A stretch of 64,000 nt of DNA from the NCBI GenBank assembly GCA_016432485.1, contig CP066691.1, forward strand, positions 740,944 to 804,943, written 5' to 3'. The stretch is from Candidatus Niyogibacteria bacterium. Its GTDB lineage: Bacteria > Patescibacteriota > Minisyncoccia > HO2-45-28. Under the pieces are notes generated by a model. The model made no database searches, was not told the DNA's origin, and saw nothing but the letters and a program-made list of their open reading frames with translations. Shown here in pieces: positions 1 through 9,395 of the stretch; positions within the stretch are counted from its first letter, which is position 1; every line of letters begins with the position of its first letter. A program made the position numbers and the translations under genes.

Positions 1-10
1 TGTCTCTTCT

Positions 11-1525
11 TTGGAAAAACTGGGTTCAGTCGAAGAAGTTTTAAAGATGCTTAAAGCGAGGCCTTATAAGTTTGACAGGCGAGTTGGAGAAGGCATAAGC
101 ATTTTTAATCCCGGAGACAAACCGGTCTGGAGTGCCGCTGAAGGAGTGCCCGTAGAGGGGTTTTCCGCTAATAGGCAAATTCAAGACAAGCTTGACGAAA
201 TTTTCGGTCCGAATGCCGTTAGATATGTTTTTTCTCCCTTGGCCAAGACGAATGGCGGGATATACGTTTTAATGGATATTAAGGCGCATAATAAGGAGAG
301 GTTTCTGGAGCTTCATAACGTAATTTCGGAAGGCGTGCGAAAGGTGGGAGACGTGGAAGAGTGCATAAATTCATTCTTTTTTGCTCTGATGAATCCGGAA
401 GATAAAGCGGTTATTGAAGAAGCGAAGATGGAGTCTTTCCAGGGAAGGATACACTATAACAAAATTCCCTACGTTTTGGAACCGGCCACAGAAGTTAATA
501 TTTATCGCAGCGTATTTGGGCGGTCAATAGACAAACATTTTTTACCGAGGGTTCTAGATAATTTTGCCAGAGTCATAATTTCCGGGCGCATGAACACGGA
601 ATGTGAGACCTTGAAAGGGTGGATTCCGAACCTTAAAAAATACGATATTTACTGTGATAAAGACGGTCTTTTGTTGAGAATGGAAATATACGGCGGGGTT
701 ATCCCGACATGGCTTTCCGAGGAAGAAAAAAAGAAGTTTACGGCGTCCGTTAGAAGGAGTCTGATCGCCGAGGGAGAAAAAGAGGGAAACAAGGGGTTTT
801 CCGGCAGGGACTCAATTGGTCTTTTCAACAGTTTCCTCGTTATTTATGGGGGAAGGTTGGGCTTGATTAACATGGAAAATGTCGTTGACTTCTTTAAAGA
901 CAAGATAGGAAAAGAACGTCGGGATAAGAATATACCAAAAGAATTTCTCGCTTCTCTCCTGGGCTCGTACGATTACGCTGTTTTAGGCGAAGTAAAAGAA
1001 GCCCTTTATTTTTACAATACGGATCAGATTCAAAAAGATATACTGAATTATCTTTGGGCCGTAAACTATGAAATTGGAAGTAAAACAAGGTGTGGATACA
1101 CGGGCGAAGAGTTGGAAGTCACGATTGATTTTTTTAAGTTGATGGCGGGCCGGATTAGCGGAGAAGAAATGACTAACACTGCGGCTCTGAAATTTGCCCA
1201 AGACATTCAGAAGAAATACGTCACCTCCATTGCCAGAGAGCGTGTCAATATCGTCGAAACAGAGCTATATAGGGAGATTTTCGGCGATTATGTTGGGAAT
1301 CTAAAGGAGAAAGTGCTGGAGCCCTTTGTCGGAAATGACAGTTTCCGGGAAGCAATAAAATCTTATGGAACCAAAGAATTTGATACTTTTGACAGGCGCC
1401 TTAGGGAACACGTGGCTTATATGATTAAGAGTCTGATGGGGAATTTCGGCTATACTCAGCAGGGCGCGAAAGAAATCTGTCTTTACGTTTTAGACAAAAA
1501 ACTGAATGATAAATTTTCTTCTTAA
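11..1525 (+). CDS. hypothetical protein; 5' end probably lies outside the window (frame open back to nt 2, first in-frame start is TTG at 11)
   Basis: 504-codon ORF followed by an intrinsic terminator; no family confidently recognised. Confidence 0.5.
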   Translation: MEKLGSVEEVLKMLKARPYKFDRRVGEGISIFNPGDKPVWSAAEGVPVEGFSANRQIQDKLDEIFGPNAVRYVFSPLAKTNGGIYVLMDIKAHNKERFLELHNVISEGVRKVGDVEECINSFFFALMNPEDKAVIEEAKMESFQGRIHYNKIPYVLEPATEVNIYRSVFGRSIDKHFLPRVLDNFARVIISGRMNTECETLKGWIPNLKKYDIYCDKDGLLLRMEIYGGVIPTWLSEEEKKKFTASVRRSLIAEGEKEGNKGFSGRDSIGLFNSFLVIYGGRLGLINMENVVDFFKDKIGKERRDKNIPKEFLASLLGSYDYAVLGEVKEALYFYNTDQIQKDILNYLWAVNYEIGSKTRCGYTGEELEVTIDFFKLMAGRISGEEMTNTAALKFAQDIQKKYVTSIARERVNIVETELYREIFGDYVGNLKEKVLEPFVGNDSFREAIKSYGTKEFDTFDRRLREHVAYMIKSLMGNFGYTQQGAKEICLYVLDKKLNDKFSS

Positions 1526-1536
1526 ATAGTATTTTA

Positions 1537-1566
1537 AACGCGGGGTCAGCCCGCGTTTTGATTTTT
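1537..1566 (+). terminator. intrinsic terminator (aacgcggggtcagccccgcgtt + T-run)
   Basis: GC stem-loop followed by ttttgattttt directly after stop of upstream ORF. Confidence 0.6.
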
Positions 1567-1613
1567 AACGGCAGGTCTTTTTTGTTTCGGTTTTTGAGGA
1601 TAAAATATCAAGA

Positions 1614-3149
1614 ATGGTTTATCCGTATCTGCATATAGCAAGCCACAAGGATTTAATCGGGCGCGACCGCGTTATTTACCGCGCGCTTGAAATTCTACCC
1701 GGATTTTTAAGCTGGGGGACTCTTGGCGCGGTAGTCTTTTTTTCGTGGGCTTCTCCGGTAGGCATAGCCATTTTTATAATAATTTTTGACGTCTACTGGC
1801 TGATAAAAACTTTTTATTTGTCTTTTCACCTTCGCGTGAACTGGAAAAGGCTTAAGCGTAATTTAATTATTGACTGGGAAGCGCGGCTTCAGAATTTAAA
1901 ATGGGATCATGTTTGGCAGATGGTTATACTACCGATGTATAAAGAGGATTATAAAGTTGTTGCCGAAAGTCTGGATGCTCTTTTAGGCGCAAAATGGCCC
2001 AAAGAAAAGATGATTATTGTGCTGGCCGCCGAAGAGCGCGCGAGACCCGAAACGGAAAACGCCGTTAAAAAACTGGAAGAAAATTATTCAGGCAAATTCG
2101 GTCGATTTTTGGTAACATGGCATCCTGTGGGTCTTGAGGGTGAAATTTCCGGCAAGGGCTCCAATACCGCGTGGGCTTCTAGAGAAGTTAAAGAAAAAAT
2201 AATTGACGCTGAACAAATTCCTTATGAAAATATTCTGGTTTCATCTTTTGATATAGATACACAGGTTTATCCGCAGTATTTTTTATGCCTTACTTATAAT
2301 TTTCTGGTTGCCGAAAATCCTTATCGTTCGTCATATCAGCCGGTTCCGATTTTTAATAATAATATCTGGAATACTCCGGCCTTTTCGCGGGTGGTGGCGA
2401 CCTCCGGAACTTTTTGGCAGATGATGCAGCAGGAGCGCCCGGAGCGGCTATCCACTTTTTCTTCGCATTCAATGAGTTTCAAAATGCTTGTTGATGTGGG
2501 GTTTTGGCAGAAAAATATGGTTTCTGAAGATTCTAGAATTTTTTGGAACGCCGTTTTGTTTTACGACGGCGATTACGAGGTTATGCCGCTCGCTTATCCG
2601 GTTTCAATGGACGCTAATGTCGGAAGAAGTTTGTGGCAGACGATGAAGCAGGTCTATAAACAGCAAAGACGTTGGGCTTGGGGCGTTGAAAATGTGCCGT
2701 ATCTTTTATTCGGTTTTTTGAAAAATAAAAAAATACTTTTCGCGAAAAAACTGCGTTTTATTCTTACTCAGCTTGAGGGGTTTTGGAGTCTGGCCACAAA
2801 TCCCATTTTGATTTTTATTCTTGGATGGCTGCCGTTGGTTTTAGGAGGAGATGAGTTTAATGCCACGCTTCTCTCTTATAATCTGCCGCGTATAACCAGG
2901 ATTTTGATGACTATTGCGATGCTTGGCTTGGTTGTTTCGGCTATAATTTCAACTTCTCTTTTGCCGCCGCGGCCCGCCGGAGTGAAAAAATCAAAATTCG
3001 CCCCAATGATTTTGCAGTGGCTTTTAATTCCTTTCACCATAATAATTTTTGGCGCGATTCCCGGCCTTGATTCGCAAGCGCGATTAGCTCTGGGTAAACC
3101 TCTGGGGTTTTGGGTCACGCCAAAAATACGCAAAACTGTTTTAGATTAA
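1614..3149 (+). CDS. membrane-bound processive glycosyltransferase, GT2 / cellulose-synthase-like
   Basis: multi-TM N- and C-terminal segments; QQRRWAWG matches the QxxRW motif of processive GT2 enzymes. Confidence 0.55.
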   Translation: MVYPYLHIASHKDLIGRDRVIYRALEILPGFLSWGTLGAVVFFSWASPVGIAIFIIIFDVYWLIKTFYLSFHLRVNWKRLKRNLIIDWEARLQNLKWDHVWQMVILPMYKEDYKVVAESLDALLGAKWPKEKMIIVLAAEERARPETENAVKKLEENYSGKFGRFLVTWHPVGLEGEISGKGSNTAWASREVKEKIIDAEQIPYENILVSSFDIDTQVYPQYFLCLTYNFLVAENPYRSSYQPVPIFNNNIWNTPAFSRVVATSGTFWQMMQQERPERLSTFSSHSMSFKMLVDVGFWQKNMVSEDSRIFWNAVLFYDGDYEVMPLAYPVSMDANVGRSLWQTMKQVYKQQRRWAWGVENVPYLLFGFLKNKKILFAKKLRFILTQLEGFWSLATNPILIFILGWLPLVLGGDEFNATLLSYNLPRITRILMTIAMLGLVVSAIISTSLLPPRPAGVKKSKFAPMILQWLLIPFTIIIFGAIPGLDSQARLALGKPLGFWVTPKIRKTVLD

Positions 3150-3191
3150 CAATTAAACCAGCAAACAGCGTTATAAACAGCATTACTAATA

Positions 3192-3215
3192 ATTAACATT
3201 CACTTACGGCCGTTA
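3192..3215. repeat. left arm of perfect 24-bp inverted repeat (attaacattcacttacggccgtta)
   Basis: exact reverse complement of 3843-3866; brackets ORF 3237-3827. Confidence 0.85.
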
Positions 3216-3236
3216 ACCTGTGTTATTGTAAAGTCT

Positions 3237-3827
3237 ATGGCTAGTAAAAAGGGAAAAATCGCTAGAATCAGAAAAAGCGTCTTAAAGTCAACCGTTTTGG
3301 AGGTTTTGAACGCTCTTGGTGAGGCGTCTATTGAAATTATTGATCAGGGTTTCCTTAATCCAAAATATGCTTTTACCCACCCAACCAGAGAACTCCTGGG
3401 TTTAAATAAAAAATATAAATATTACAGCGCAGAAGAACGTAAAAATCTGTTTGCTGTGGTTGTAAGCCGTCTTCAAAAAGAAGGTCTTATTGAGAAGTTA
3501 ACGACAAAAAAAGGAATGTTGTGGAAAATTAATTCCAAAGGGTTAAGTTTTTTAGAAAACCATGACGGACTTTATAAATTGCCTCCAAAAGACGGCAAAA
3601 CCCGCATTTTTAGTTTTGATGTTCCGGAAAAGGAGAGGTGGAAAAGAGACAGACTGAGAACCATCCTGGTTTCTTGCGGTTATGAAATGCTTCAGCAAAG
3701 TCTCTGGATGGGAGAGAGTCCCATGCCCGCCAAGGTTTTTGACGAATTAAAATCTTTGAATCTAATGTCTAAGATTCACTTTTTTGAAGTTTCTAAAAAG
3801 GGCACGCTTAAACAAATTAATATTTGA
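3237..3827 (+). CDS. wHTH + Cas2/VapD-like domain protein (standalone, no cas neighbours)
   Basis: N-terminal ~100 aa looks like a winged helix (VLKSTVLEVLNALGE). C-terminal RIFSFDVPEKERWKRDRLRTILVSCGYEMLQQSLWMGE...IHFFEV matches the Cas2 beta1-Asp / basic helix / SVF pattern. Confidence 0.5.
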   Translation: MASKKGKIARIRKSVLKSTVLEVLNALGEASIEIIDQGFLNPKYAFTHPTRELLGLNKKYKYYSAEERKNLFAVVVSRLQKEGLIEKLTTKKGMLWKINSKGLSFLENHDGLYKLPPKDGKTRIFSFDVPEKERWKRDRLRTILVSCGYEMLQQSLWMGESPMPAKVFDELKSLNLMSKIHFFEVSKKGTLKQINI

Positions 3828-3842
3828 CTATTTAACATTCGA

Positions 3843-3866
3843 TAACGGCCGTAAGTGAATGTTAAT
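3843..3866. repeat. right arm of perfect 24-bp inverted repeat
   Basis: reverse complement of 3192-3215. Confidence 0.85.
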
Positions 3867-3909
3867 AAAGATATTTCCATCATGTTTTTAGGGTAAGAAC
3901 GGGACGCCT

Positions 3910-6006
3910 TTACTCAAAATGAAGATTTTCAAAGCGAGGCACAAGCGATTTGAGCGCGGGATAATTTTTTAATTCAAAGTCCTTTTGCAAAAGTTTTTGT
4001 GCTTCCAATCTCGCGGCTTCAACCATTTTTATATTCTTCAGGGCCTCCATTCCGATATCCGAAATGCCCCACTGTTTTGAGCCCGAAAGCTCTCCGGGTC
4101 CGCGAAATTGCAAATCGTATTCGGCAAGCTCAAATCCTGTATTCGCATCAGTCAGCGCTTTAAGGCGGGCTAGAGTTTTTTGAGAAGGGGATTCGGTAAA
4201 AATAAAACAATACGCCTGGTGAGTGCTTCTTAAAATTCGTCCGCGAAGCTGATGCAATTGCGCAAGGCCAAAGCGCTCCGCGCCCTCAATCATAATAATT
4301 GTGGCATTAGGCACGTTTACGCCCACCTCAATTACTGAAGTCGCCACGAGTATTTTAGTTTTATTTTCTCTGAACGAGTTCATCTCTTTCTCTTTTTCTT
4401 TGGGTGTCATTTTGCCGTGGAGTATTCCGATTTCAAATTCGGGGAAGATACTCGCGGAAAGTTTTTTATGTTCCTCCTTTACGGATTTCATCTCAAGAGA
4501 TATTTTTTTTGCGGCAACAGAATTTTCTTCAATGCGCGGGCATACGACATACGCCTGGCGTCCTTGCGAAATTTCCGCGCGCATTTGCTCGTAAGCGCGG
4601 GCGCGCTGGCTCGGAGGCACTATGACCGTTATCACTTTTTTTCTTCCCGGCGGCATTTCATCCAGTATTGTCAGGTCTAGGTCGCCGTAAATAGTCAGCG
4701 CCAGCGTTCTCGGTATCGGAGTGGCGGTCATGCTTAAAAGATGTGGCGTGGATTTTTGGGCGAGCATTGCCCTTTGATTGACTCCGAAGCGATGCTGTTC
4801 ATCTATCACAACCAAACCAAGGTTCCTGAATTTTATTTTATCCTGAATAAGCGCGTGCGTTCCGATTAGAATCGGCACTTGCCCGGACCCGACGAATTTA
4901 ATGAGCTGGCTCCGGCTTAAATGGGTGTCTTTTGCGGGGTATGCTTTTGAGGGAAATTTGCGGAATTCCGCCGATGTGGCGAGCGCCACCGCCAAGCGAT
5001 AGTTTCGGAACCGCTCTATGAATTCCTGGTAGAGTTGACGCGCCAAAACCTCGGTCGGCGCCATATAGGCCACTTGTTTTCCGTTTGAGGCCGCGGCGTA
5101 CGAGGCTATGGCCGCGATGACAGTTTTTCCGGAGCCGACATCTCCTTCCAAAAGGCGCGACATCGGTTTGGAGTAGCTTATGTCCGCCAATATCGCGGCC
5201 ACGGATTTTTCCTGCGCCGAAGTTAGGGCATACGGAAGAGACGACCGGAATTCTTTTATTTTTTCTTGGTCAATATTTATGGCTCCGGCTTCAAGTTTGT
5301 CGCGTTCAATCCTTTTTCTTTGGCGGTCAAGCTGTATTAAAAATATTTCTTCAAAAGCGAATCGTTTGCGCGCCGCCTCGGACATTTTTTCTTTTTTGGG
5401 CAGATGTATTGCCAGAAGCGCGGTCCTTAACGACGGCAGATTATAATTTTTCAAAATTTCCGCGGGAATCGGGTCATTTAAACCGGCCGGCAAGTTTTTT
5501 AGTATTTTTTTAATAGCGAACTGGAACCATTTTGAATGCAAACCTCTGGTTTCCGGATAAATCGGACTAAGCCCGTCTTTATTTTCTTGTTCGTATTGAA
5601 CTACGCCTTCGCGATAGTCGGGATTGGCCATGTAGAGCCCTTTTTTATTCCGCTGCACTTTTCCGGAAAATGAGTACTCTTTTTCGGGAGTTAAAATGTT
5701 GGCCATATACGGCTGGTTGAACCAGGTTATGCGAAGTGTCCCCGTGCCGTCGGACACTATCGTTTCGGCAATCGCCATTCTTCTGCGCCAGGTTTTAAGC
5801 GTTTTTGAAGATATGACACGGCCGGAAACGGCGGCTTCGTCTCCTTCCGCGAGATCGGCTGCGGCCTTGGGAATATGGAATTTTTCGTATCTGGCCGGAA
5901 AATGCCAAAGTAAATCACGCACGGTTTTAAACCCCGCGCGCTCTAAAATGTTTTTTTGTTTTTCGGTCAGGCGGAGATGATTATTTAAGGCGTCGTTAAA
6001 ATCCAT
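3910..6006 (-). CDS. recG: ATP-dependent DNA helicase RecG
   Basis: GDVGSGKT Walker A, DEQHRFGV, helicase C motifs, N-terminal wedge domain; 698 aa. Confidence 0.9.
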   Translation of the reverse strand: MDFNDALNNHLRLTEKQKNILERAGFKTVRDLLWHFPARYEKFHIPKAAADLAEGDEAAVSGRVISSKTLKTWRRRMAIAETIVSDGTGTLRITWFNQPYMANILTPEKEYSFSGKVQRNKKGLYMANPDYREGVVQYEQENKDGLSPIYPETRGLHSKWFQFAIKKILKNLPAGLNDPIPAEILKNYNLPSLRTALLAIHLPKKEKMSEAARKRFAFEEIFLIQLDRQRKRIERDKLEAGAINIDQEKIKEFRSSLPYALTSAQEKSVAAILADISYSKPMSRLLEGDVGSGKTVIAAIASYAAASNGKQVAYMAPTEVLARQLYQEFIERFRNYRLAVALATSAEFRKFPSKAYPAKDTHLSRSQLIKFVGSGQVPILIGTHALIQDKIKFRNLGLVVIDEQHRFGVNQRAMLAQKSTPHLLSMTATPIPRTLALTIYGDLDLTILDEMPPGRKKVITVIVPPSQRARAYEQMRAEISQGRQAYVVCPRIEENSVAAKKISLEMKSVKEEHKKLSASIFPEFEIGILHGKMTPKEKEKEMNSFRENKTKILVATSVIEVGVNVPNATIIMIEGAERFGLAQLHQLRGRILRSTHQAYCFIFTESPSQKTLARLKALTDANTGFELAEYDLQFRGPGELSGSKQWGISDIGMEALKNIKMVEAARLEAQKLLQKDFELKNYPALKSLVPRFENLHFE

Positions 6007-6008
6007 TG

Positions 6009-6080
6009 TGCCCTCGAGAGGAATCGAACCTCTATTACAAGCTCCGCAAGCTTGCGTCCTGTCCGTTGAACGACGAGGGC
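6009..6080 (-). tRNA. tRNA-Arg; anticodon reads as GCG, which is uncommon and should be verified
   Basis: cloverleaf folded by hand: acceptor GCCCTCG/CGAGGGC, T-loop TTCGATT, anticodon stem CAAGC/GCTTG with loop TTGCGGA. Confidence 0.6.
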
Positions 6081-6096
6081 CTCACACCTGCTTGGT

Positions 6097-6351
6097 TTAA
6101 GTAATACAACCTTTAATTCTTCTTTTCAACTGTAAATATGCGTTGCCCCTTAATTTTATACTATATTCTCTGTGTTTTGCATTATTTTCATTACAATAAG
6201 CTTCATAATAAACAAGTTGCCACCCGCCTCTGTTTTTGGTTGATAGCACTTCGTTGGAGTTGTGTTGTGTAAATCTTTTCTTAAGATCACTAGTGTAACC
6301 AAAATATAAATTGTCGTTTTTGGTGTTTTTCAAAATATAAAAATAATACAT
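6097..6351 (-). CDS. GIY-YIG nuclease domain protein (stand-alone, 84 aa)
   Basis: YFYILKN...LYFGYTSDLKKRFTQH matches GIY-YIG core; directly abuts tRNA-Arg. Confidence 0.7.
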   Translation of the reverse strand: MYYFYILKNTKNDNLYFGYTSDLKKRFTQHNSNEVLSTKNRGGWQLVYYEAYCNENNAKHREYSIKLRGNAYLQLKRRIKGCIT

Positions 6352-6382
6352 AAGTCAAGTAGGTGTGAGGCCGAGGGCATTT

Positions 6383-6865
6383 CTAAAAACCAAGACGCTC
6401 AGCGATTATTTCCGAAAGCGATTCTTTGGTTTCTTCTTCTTTCAAGGCGCGGCCGATGATAGCTCGTATTTCATTAGGGTCGGCCGACCCGAGCGGCAAT
6501 ATAAATCGAGACATTAGAACTCTTTTTGATATTATTTCAAGCTCTTTTTTTCGCGGCGGCTCGTATTTTATCCAGAATGACCGCAAGGATTCATACGGAT
6601 AAAATCTGTCGGCAATTTGAACGCCCCGGGCGTTTATTATAAATTTTATTGTCCGCGGCCTTTTCGCGCCGTAAAGCGCTATGGTAAATCCGGCAAGCAC
6701 AATAAAACTAGCAAAAAGAATGTTTTTGATCAACAAAGCGACGATAGCCAGAGCCAGCGTAAAAACGCCCAAAATCCAAAACCACTCCGCGGATTTCGGC
6801 GCGTGTTCGTATTCTGGCGCCGACCACAAAACGGAATTACTGTCCATAATATAAATATAACGCAA
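6383..6865 (-). CDS. hypothetical membrane protein (2 TM)
   Basis: ORF with hydrophobic segments; no family recognised. Confidence 0.5.
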   Translation of the reverse strand: MRYIYIMDSNSVLWSAPEYEHAPKSAEWFWILGVFTLALAIVALLIKNILFASFIVLAGFTIALYGAKRPRTIKFIINARGVQIADRFYPYESLRSFWIKYEPPRKKELEIISKRVLMSRFILPLGSADPNEIRAIIGRALKEEETKESLSEIIAERLGF

Positions 6866-6888
6866 CCGGCGAAAAGAAAAAGCCCGGC

Positions 6889-7293
6889 TTATTGGCCGAG
6901 CAACTCTTCAATCAGTTTTTTTTCTTCCAAAATCTTTTGAACTTCTCGTTTCTGTTCGTCAGCCATTTCTTTAAATCTTAGTTTTGGAAAAAACAGAATT
7001 GTATCATTGGGGCATGATGAGCCCTCAACATTCCCACTGATTGTATAGCGAACCAATACGCGGTCCCGGTTCTCGGCAATGATGGTGATTTTGCCGCCGG
7101 TTTTAAGATGGCACATGTCCCCGTAGGCAAATTCGTCGGGCCCGTTTTTTATCGGTTTTAGATTTTTTACGATTACCAGTTCCGGCGAGGTGACTTTTAT
7201 GGTATCACCCTTTTTTATTTCAGACGTGGCGCCGGAGGTGGCGAGCGCGAAGAGACCGACAATTAACGATATCAGCCAGACCTCTTTTTTCAT
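6889..7293 (-). CDS. hypothetical secreted protein (signal peptide)
   Basis: N-terminal MKKEVWLISLIVGLFALATSGA signal-like segment. Confidence 0.5.
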   Translation of the reverse strand: MKKEVWLISLIVGLFALATSGATSEIKKGDTIKVTSPELVIVKNLKPIKNGPDEFAYGDMCHLKTGGKITIIAENRDRVLVRYTISGNVEGSSCPNDTILFFPKLRFKEMADEQKREVQKILEEKKLIEELLGQ

Positions 7294-7790
7294 TTGGCAC
7301 CTCTTTTGCGGTCGGGTTTTATTGACACCTGATTATCCCCGCCCGTTATTGCGTGCTTGGCAATTTTCACGTTGGGGAATAATTTCACAATAATTCGTCT
7401 CAGCACTCGATTTCTTCGTTCAATTTTCAGTTCGCCATTGATGAAATCTTTGGGAAGCATGTCTGTATCGGTTAGGGTAATTGTCCGAATAAAGTGTTCT
7501 TCGCCGATAAATTCTTCAAAGCAGAGTCGTCCAAAATGTAGCATGCCGCTGTCTTTGTAGAAATTATCCCGGCGGGTCGGTTCCAAGCCAGGAATCAATG
7601 ACACCATAAGCTTTTGAAGCTCTTCCATCTTGAAAGTGCCCTTTACGGGAGCTACATGGCAATAAACAATTTGGCTATAGCAAGTAAATTCAGTTGACAA
7701 GTGCTCTGACAGAACGGTTTCAAAAAATATCTTTTTATTTCTCTTAAGCGCATCTAGTATCTTCGAGTATTTGGTCGCGGGCTTGCTCAC
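7290..7790 (-). CDS. hypothetical protein
   Basis: 166-aa ORF, 4-nt overlap with downstream gene suggests operon. Confidence 0.45.
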   Translation of the reverse strand: MSKPATKYSKILDALKRNKKIFFETVLSEHLSTEFTCYSQIVYCHVAPVKGTFKMEELQKLMVSLIPGLEPTRRDNFYKDSGMLHFGRLCFEEFIGEEHFIRTITLTDTDMLPKDFINGELKIERRNRVLRRIIVKLFPNVKIAKHAITGGDNQVSIKPDRKRGAK

Positions 7791-7926
7791 CTTTTCTCCT
7801 TTTCGGGTTTTTGGTTTTCAATATCCGAGGCAATTATGGCATAGCGTATATAAAAAATCAAGCGCTTGACCGGAGCGGAAAGGAGGATTTCAAGTTTTTC
7901 GCGGGCGTTAGCCCGCTAACAAAATC

Positions 7927-8667
7927 TTACAGATTTTGTTCTTTGACGGCAAATTCTTTTTTGGTACTGTCAAAATTAATAAAAAATATTATGGATACAA
8001 CCGTAAAGAATGAGTATACAACATCAATTAGTGTGTCTGTTGCAATACTTGTAGCAAAGTTATCGGGTAGAAACCAATAAGGCACTCCTGCAATAACTCC
8101 AACAATCAACCCCAATAACCCAAATACTAAAGAGTATCCGGCGACTTTCCACCACCTACCTTTTACAATGGCCTTACTATAATCTAAAGCACTTTTTCCA
8201 GATTTGTCTTGCAAGACAACAATATACAATACGAATGACCAGTAAACATAGTAGATAATTCCTGGAATTATTAACAATAATGTTAATCCCAATAAAAAGA
8301 TACCAAACAAGATATTAGTTCCTATTGCTGCTGGCCATCTAGACATGGATTTTTTAAGTGCTTGGCCAAAACTGATTGTTTGCCCATCTATCTTGGATTT
8401 AATAATATACGCAATTGCCATTGATGCGATTATTCCAATTAAGCCCTCAAAAATCTGAATAACTTTCATGTAAATCTTAAAACCCCGCAAAGTGCCCCAT
8501 TGTTCCATTAATGCATCAATGGGAATAAAAGCCAATATAATATTAACCGGTATGTAAACAACTAAAGTTATTAGCAAAATTAACTGAAAATTTTCTTTAA
8601 ATTTCTTCCAAGATTCTGAAAGAATTTTCCCAATAGTATATTCTTTATTATAGATTTCTTGTTCCAT
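7927..8667 (-). CDS. hypothetical polytopic membrane protein
   Basis: ~6 predicted TM helices; co-directional with and immediately downstream of XRE regulator. Confidence 0.55.
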   Translation of the reverse strand: MEQEIYNKEYTIGKILSESWKKFKENFQLILLITLVVYIPVNIILAFIPIDALMEQWGTLRGFKIYMKVIQIFEGLIGIIASMAIAYIIKSKIDGQTISFGQALKKSMSRWPAAIGTNILFGIFLLGLTLLLIIPGIIYYVYWSFVLYIVVLQDKSGKSALDYSKAIVKGRWWKVAGYSLVFGLLGLIVGVIAGVPYWFLPDNFATSIATDTLIDVVYSFFTVVSIIFFINFDSTKKEFAVKEQNL

Positions 8668-8687
8668 ATTTTTAGGTTAGTTAATTA

Positions 8688-8894
8688 TTATTTTAACAAA
8701 TCCTCTATATTAACATCAAGCGCCCTAGCGATCTTCGCCATAGTTTGGACGCTCGGCTTATTAACTGTGCCACTTTCGACCTTCATAAGCGTTGTATATT
8801 TAATATCAGCTTTCTTGGCTAAATCGTCTTGGGTTAAGCCAAGTTTAGCGCGTAATTTCCTGATATTCCCGCTGATTGTTTTTCCACTTATCAT
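8688..8894 (-). CDS. XRE-family HTH transcriptional regulator
   Basis: LGLTQDDLAKKADIKYTTLMKVESG...ARALDV is a Cro/C1-type HTH. Confidence 0.75.
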   Translation of the reverse strand: MISGKTISGNIRKLRAKLGLTQDDLAKKADIKYTTLMKVESGTVNKPSVQTMAKIARALDVNIEDLLK

Positions 8895-9395
8895 ATAAAT
8901 AAAGTTTTGGTAGTATTATGATATATGAGAATTTTATCTCTAATGTAATACCACCAAATAAAATGAATTTAATCAATAAAAATTCGAAAAGCCCGCTTCT
9001 GGCCTTACTGAATTCAAAACGGCTTGAAATTTCCCCGAAAAACGGCTGGCGAGCCCGCGTAGCGGGCGAGCCAATGACTTCATTTCCTAACTGGCGGGGA
9101 CGATGTCCGCAACTTTGAACCGGTGGTATCCCGCAAAACCATTAGTTTTGCTCGTACGGATAAAATTATATGCAAACTGCGACGAATATACAAAGAAAAT
9201 CCTGCCTCTTTTGATATTCCTATTTTTGCCCAAAAACAGTATTAAACACCCTCTCCACTTCTTTGCCAGACAGCTTTGAGCCCGCAAGACGAGTTGATGC
9301 GCCTGTGGAGGTTATCAGAGTGACACGACGAAGTTCCGCCAATCTTTCTGGTGAAATACCAGAAAGCTTTTTGATAGATTTAGGATTTTTCATGT

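Noticed and set aside
11-1525. Assignment of the first ORF to the PrkA serine-kinase family
   Set aside because: No diagnostic PrkA motif could be matched by eye, so it is left as hypothetical.
4301-5980. Multiple 70-100-aa plus-strand ORFs inside recG
   Set aside because: They are antisense to a well-supported 698-aa helicase gene and show low-complexity translations, so they are artefacts.
9223-9393. 57-codon minus-strand ORF (MKNPKSIKKLSGISPERLAELRRVTLITSTGASTRLAGSK...) plus the overlapping 9087-9287 ORF as a Fic/Doc-like gene
   Set aside because: The resemblance to Fic N-termini is vague, and the two pieces are in different frames. It is more likely a decayed gene remnant, mentioned only as context for the accessory islet.
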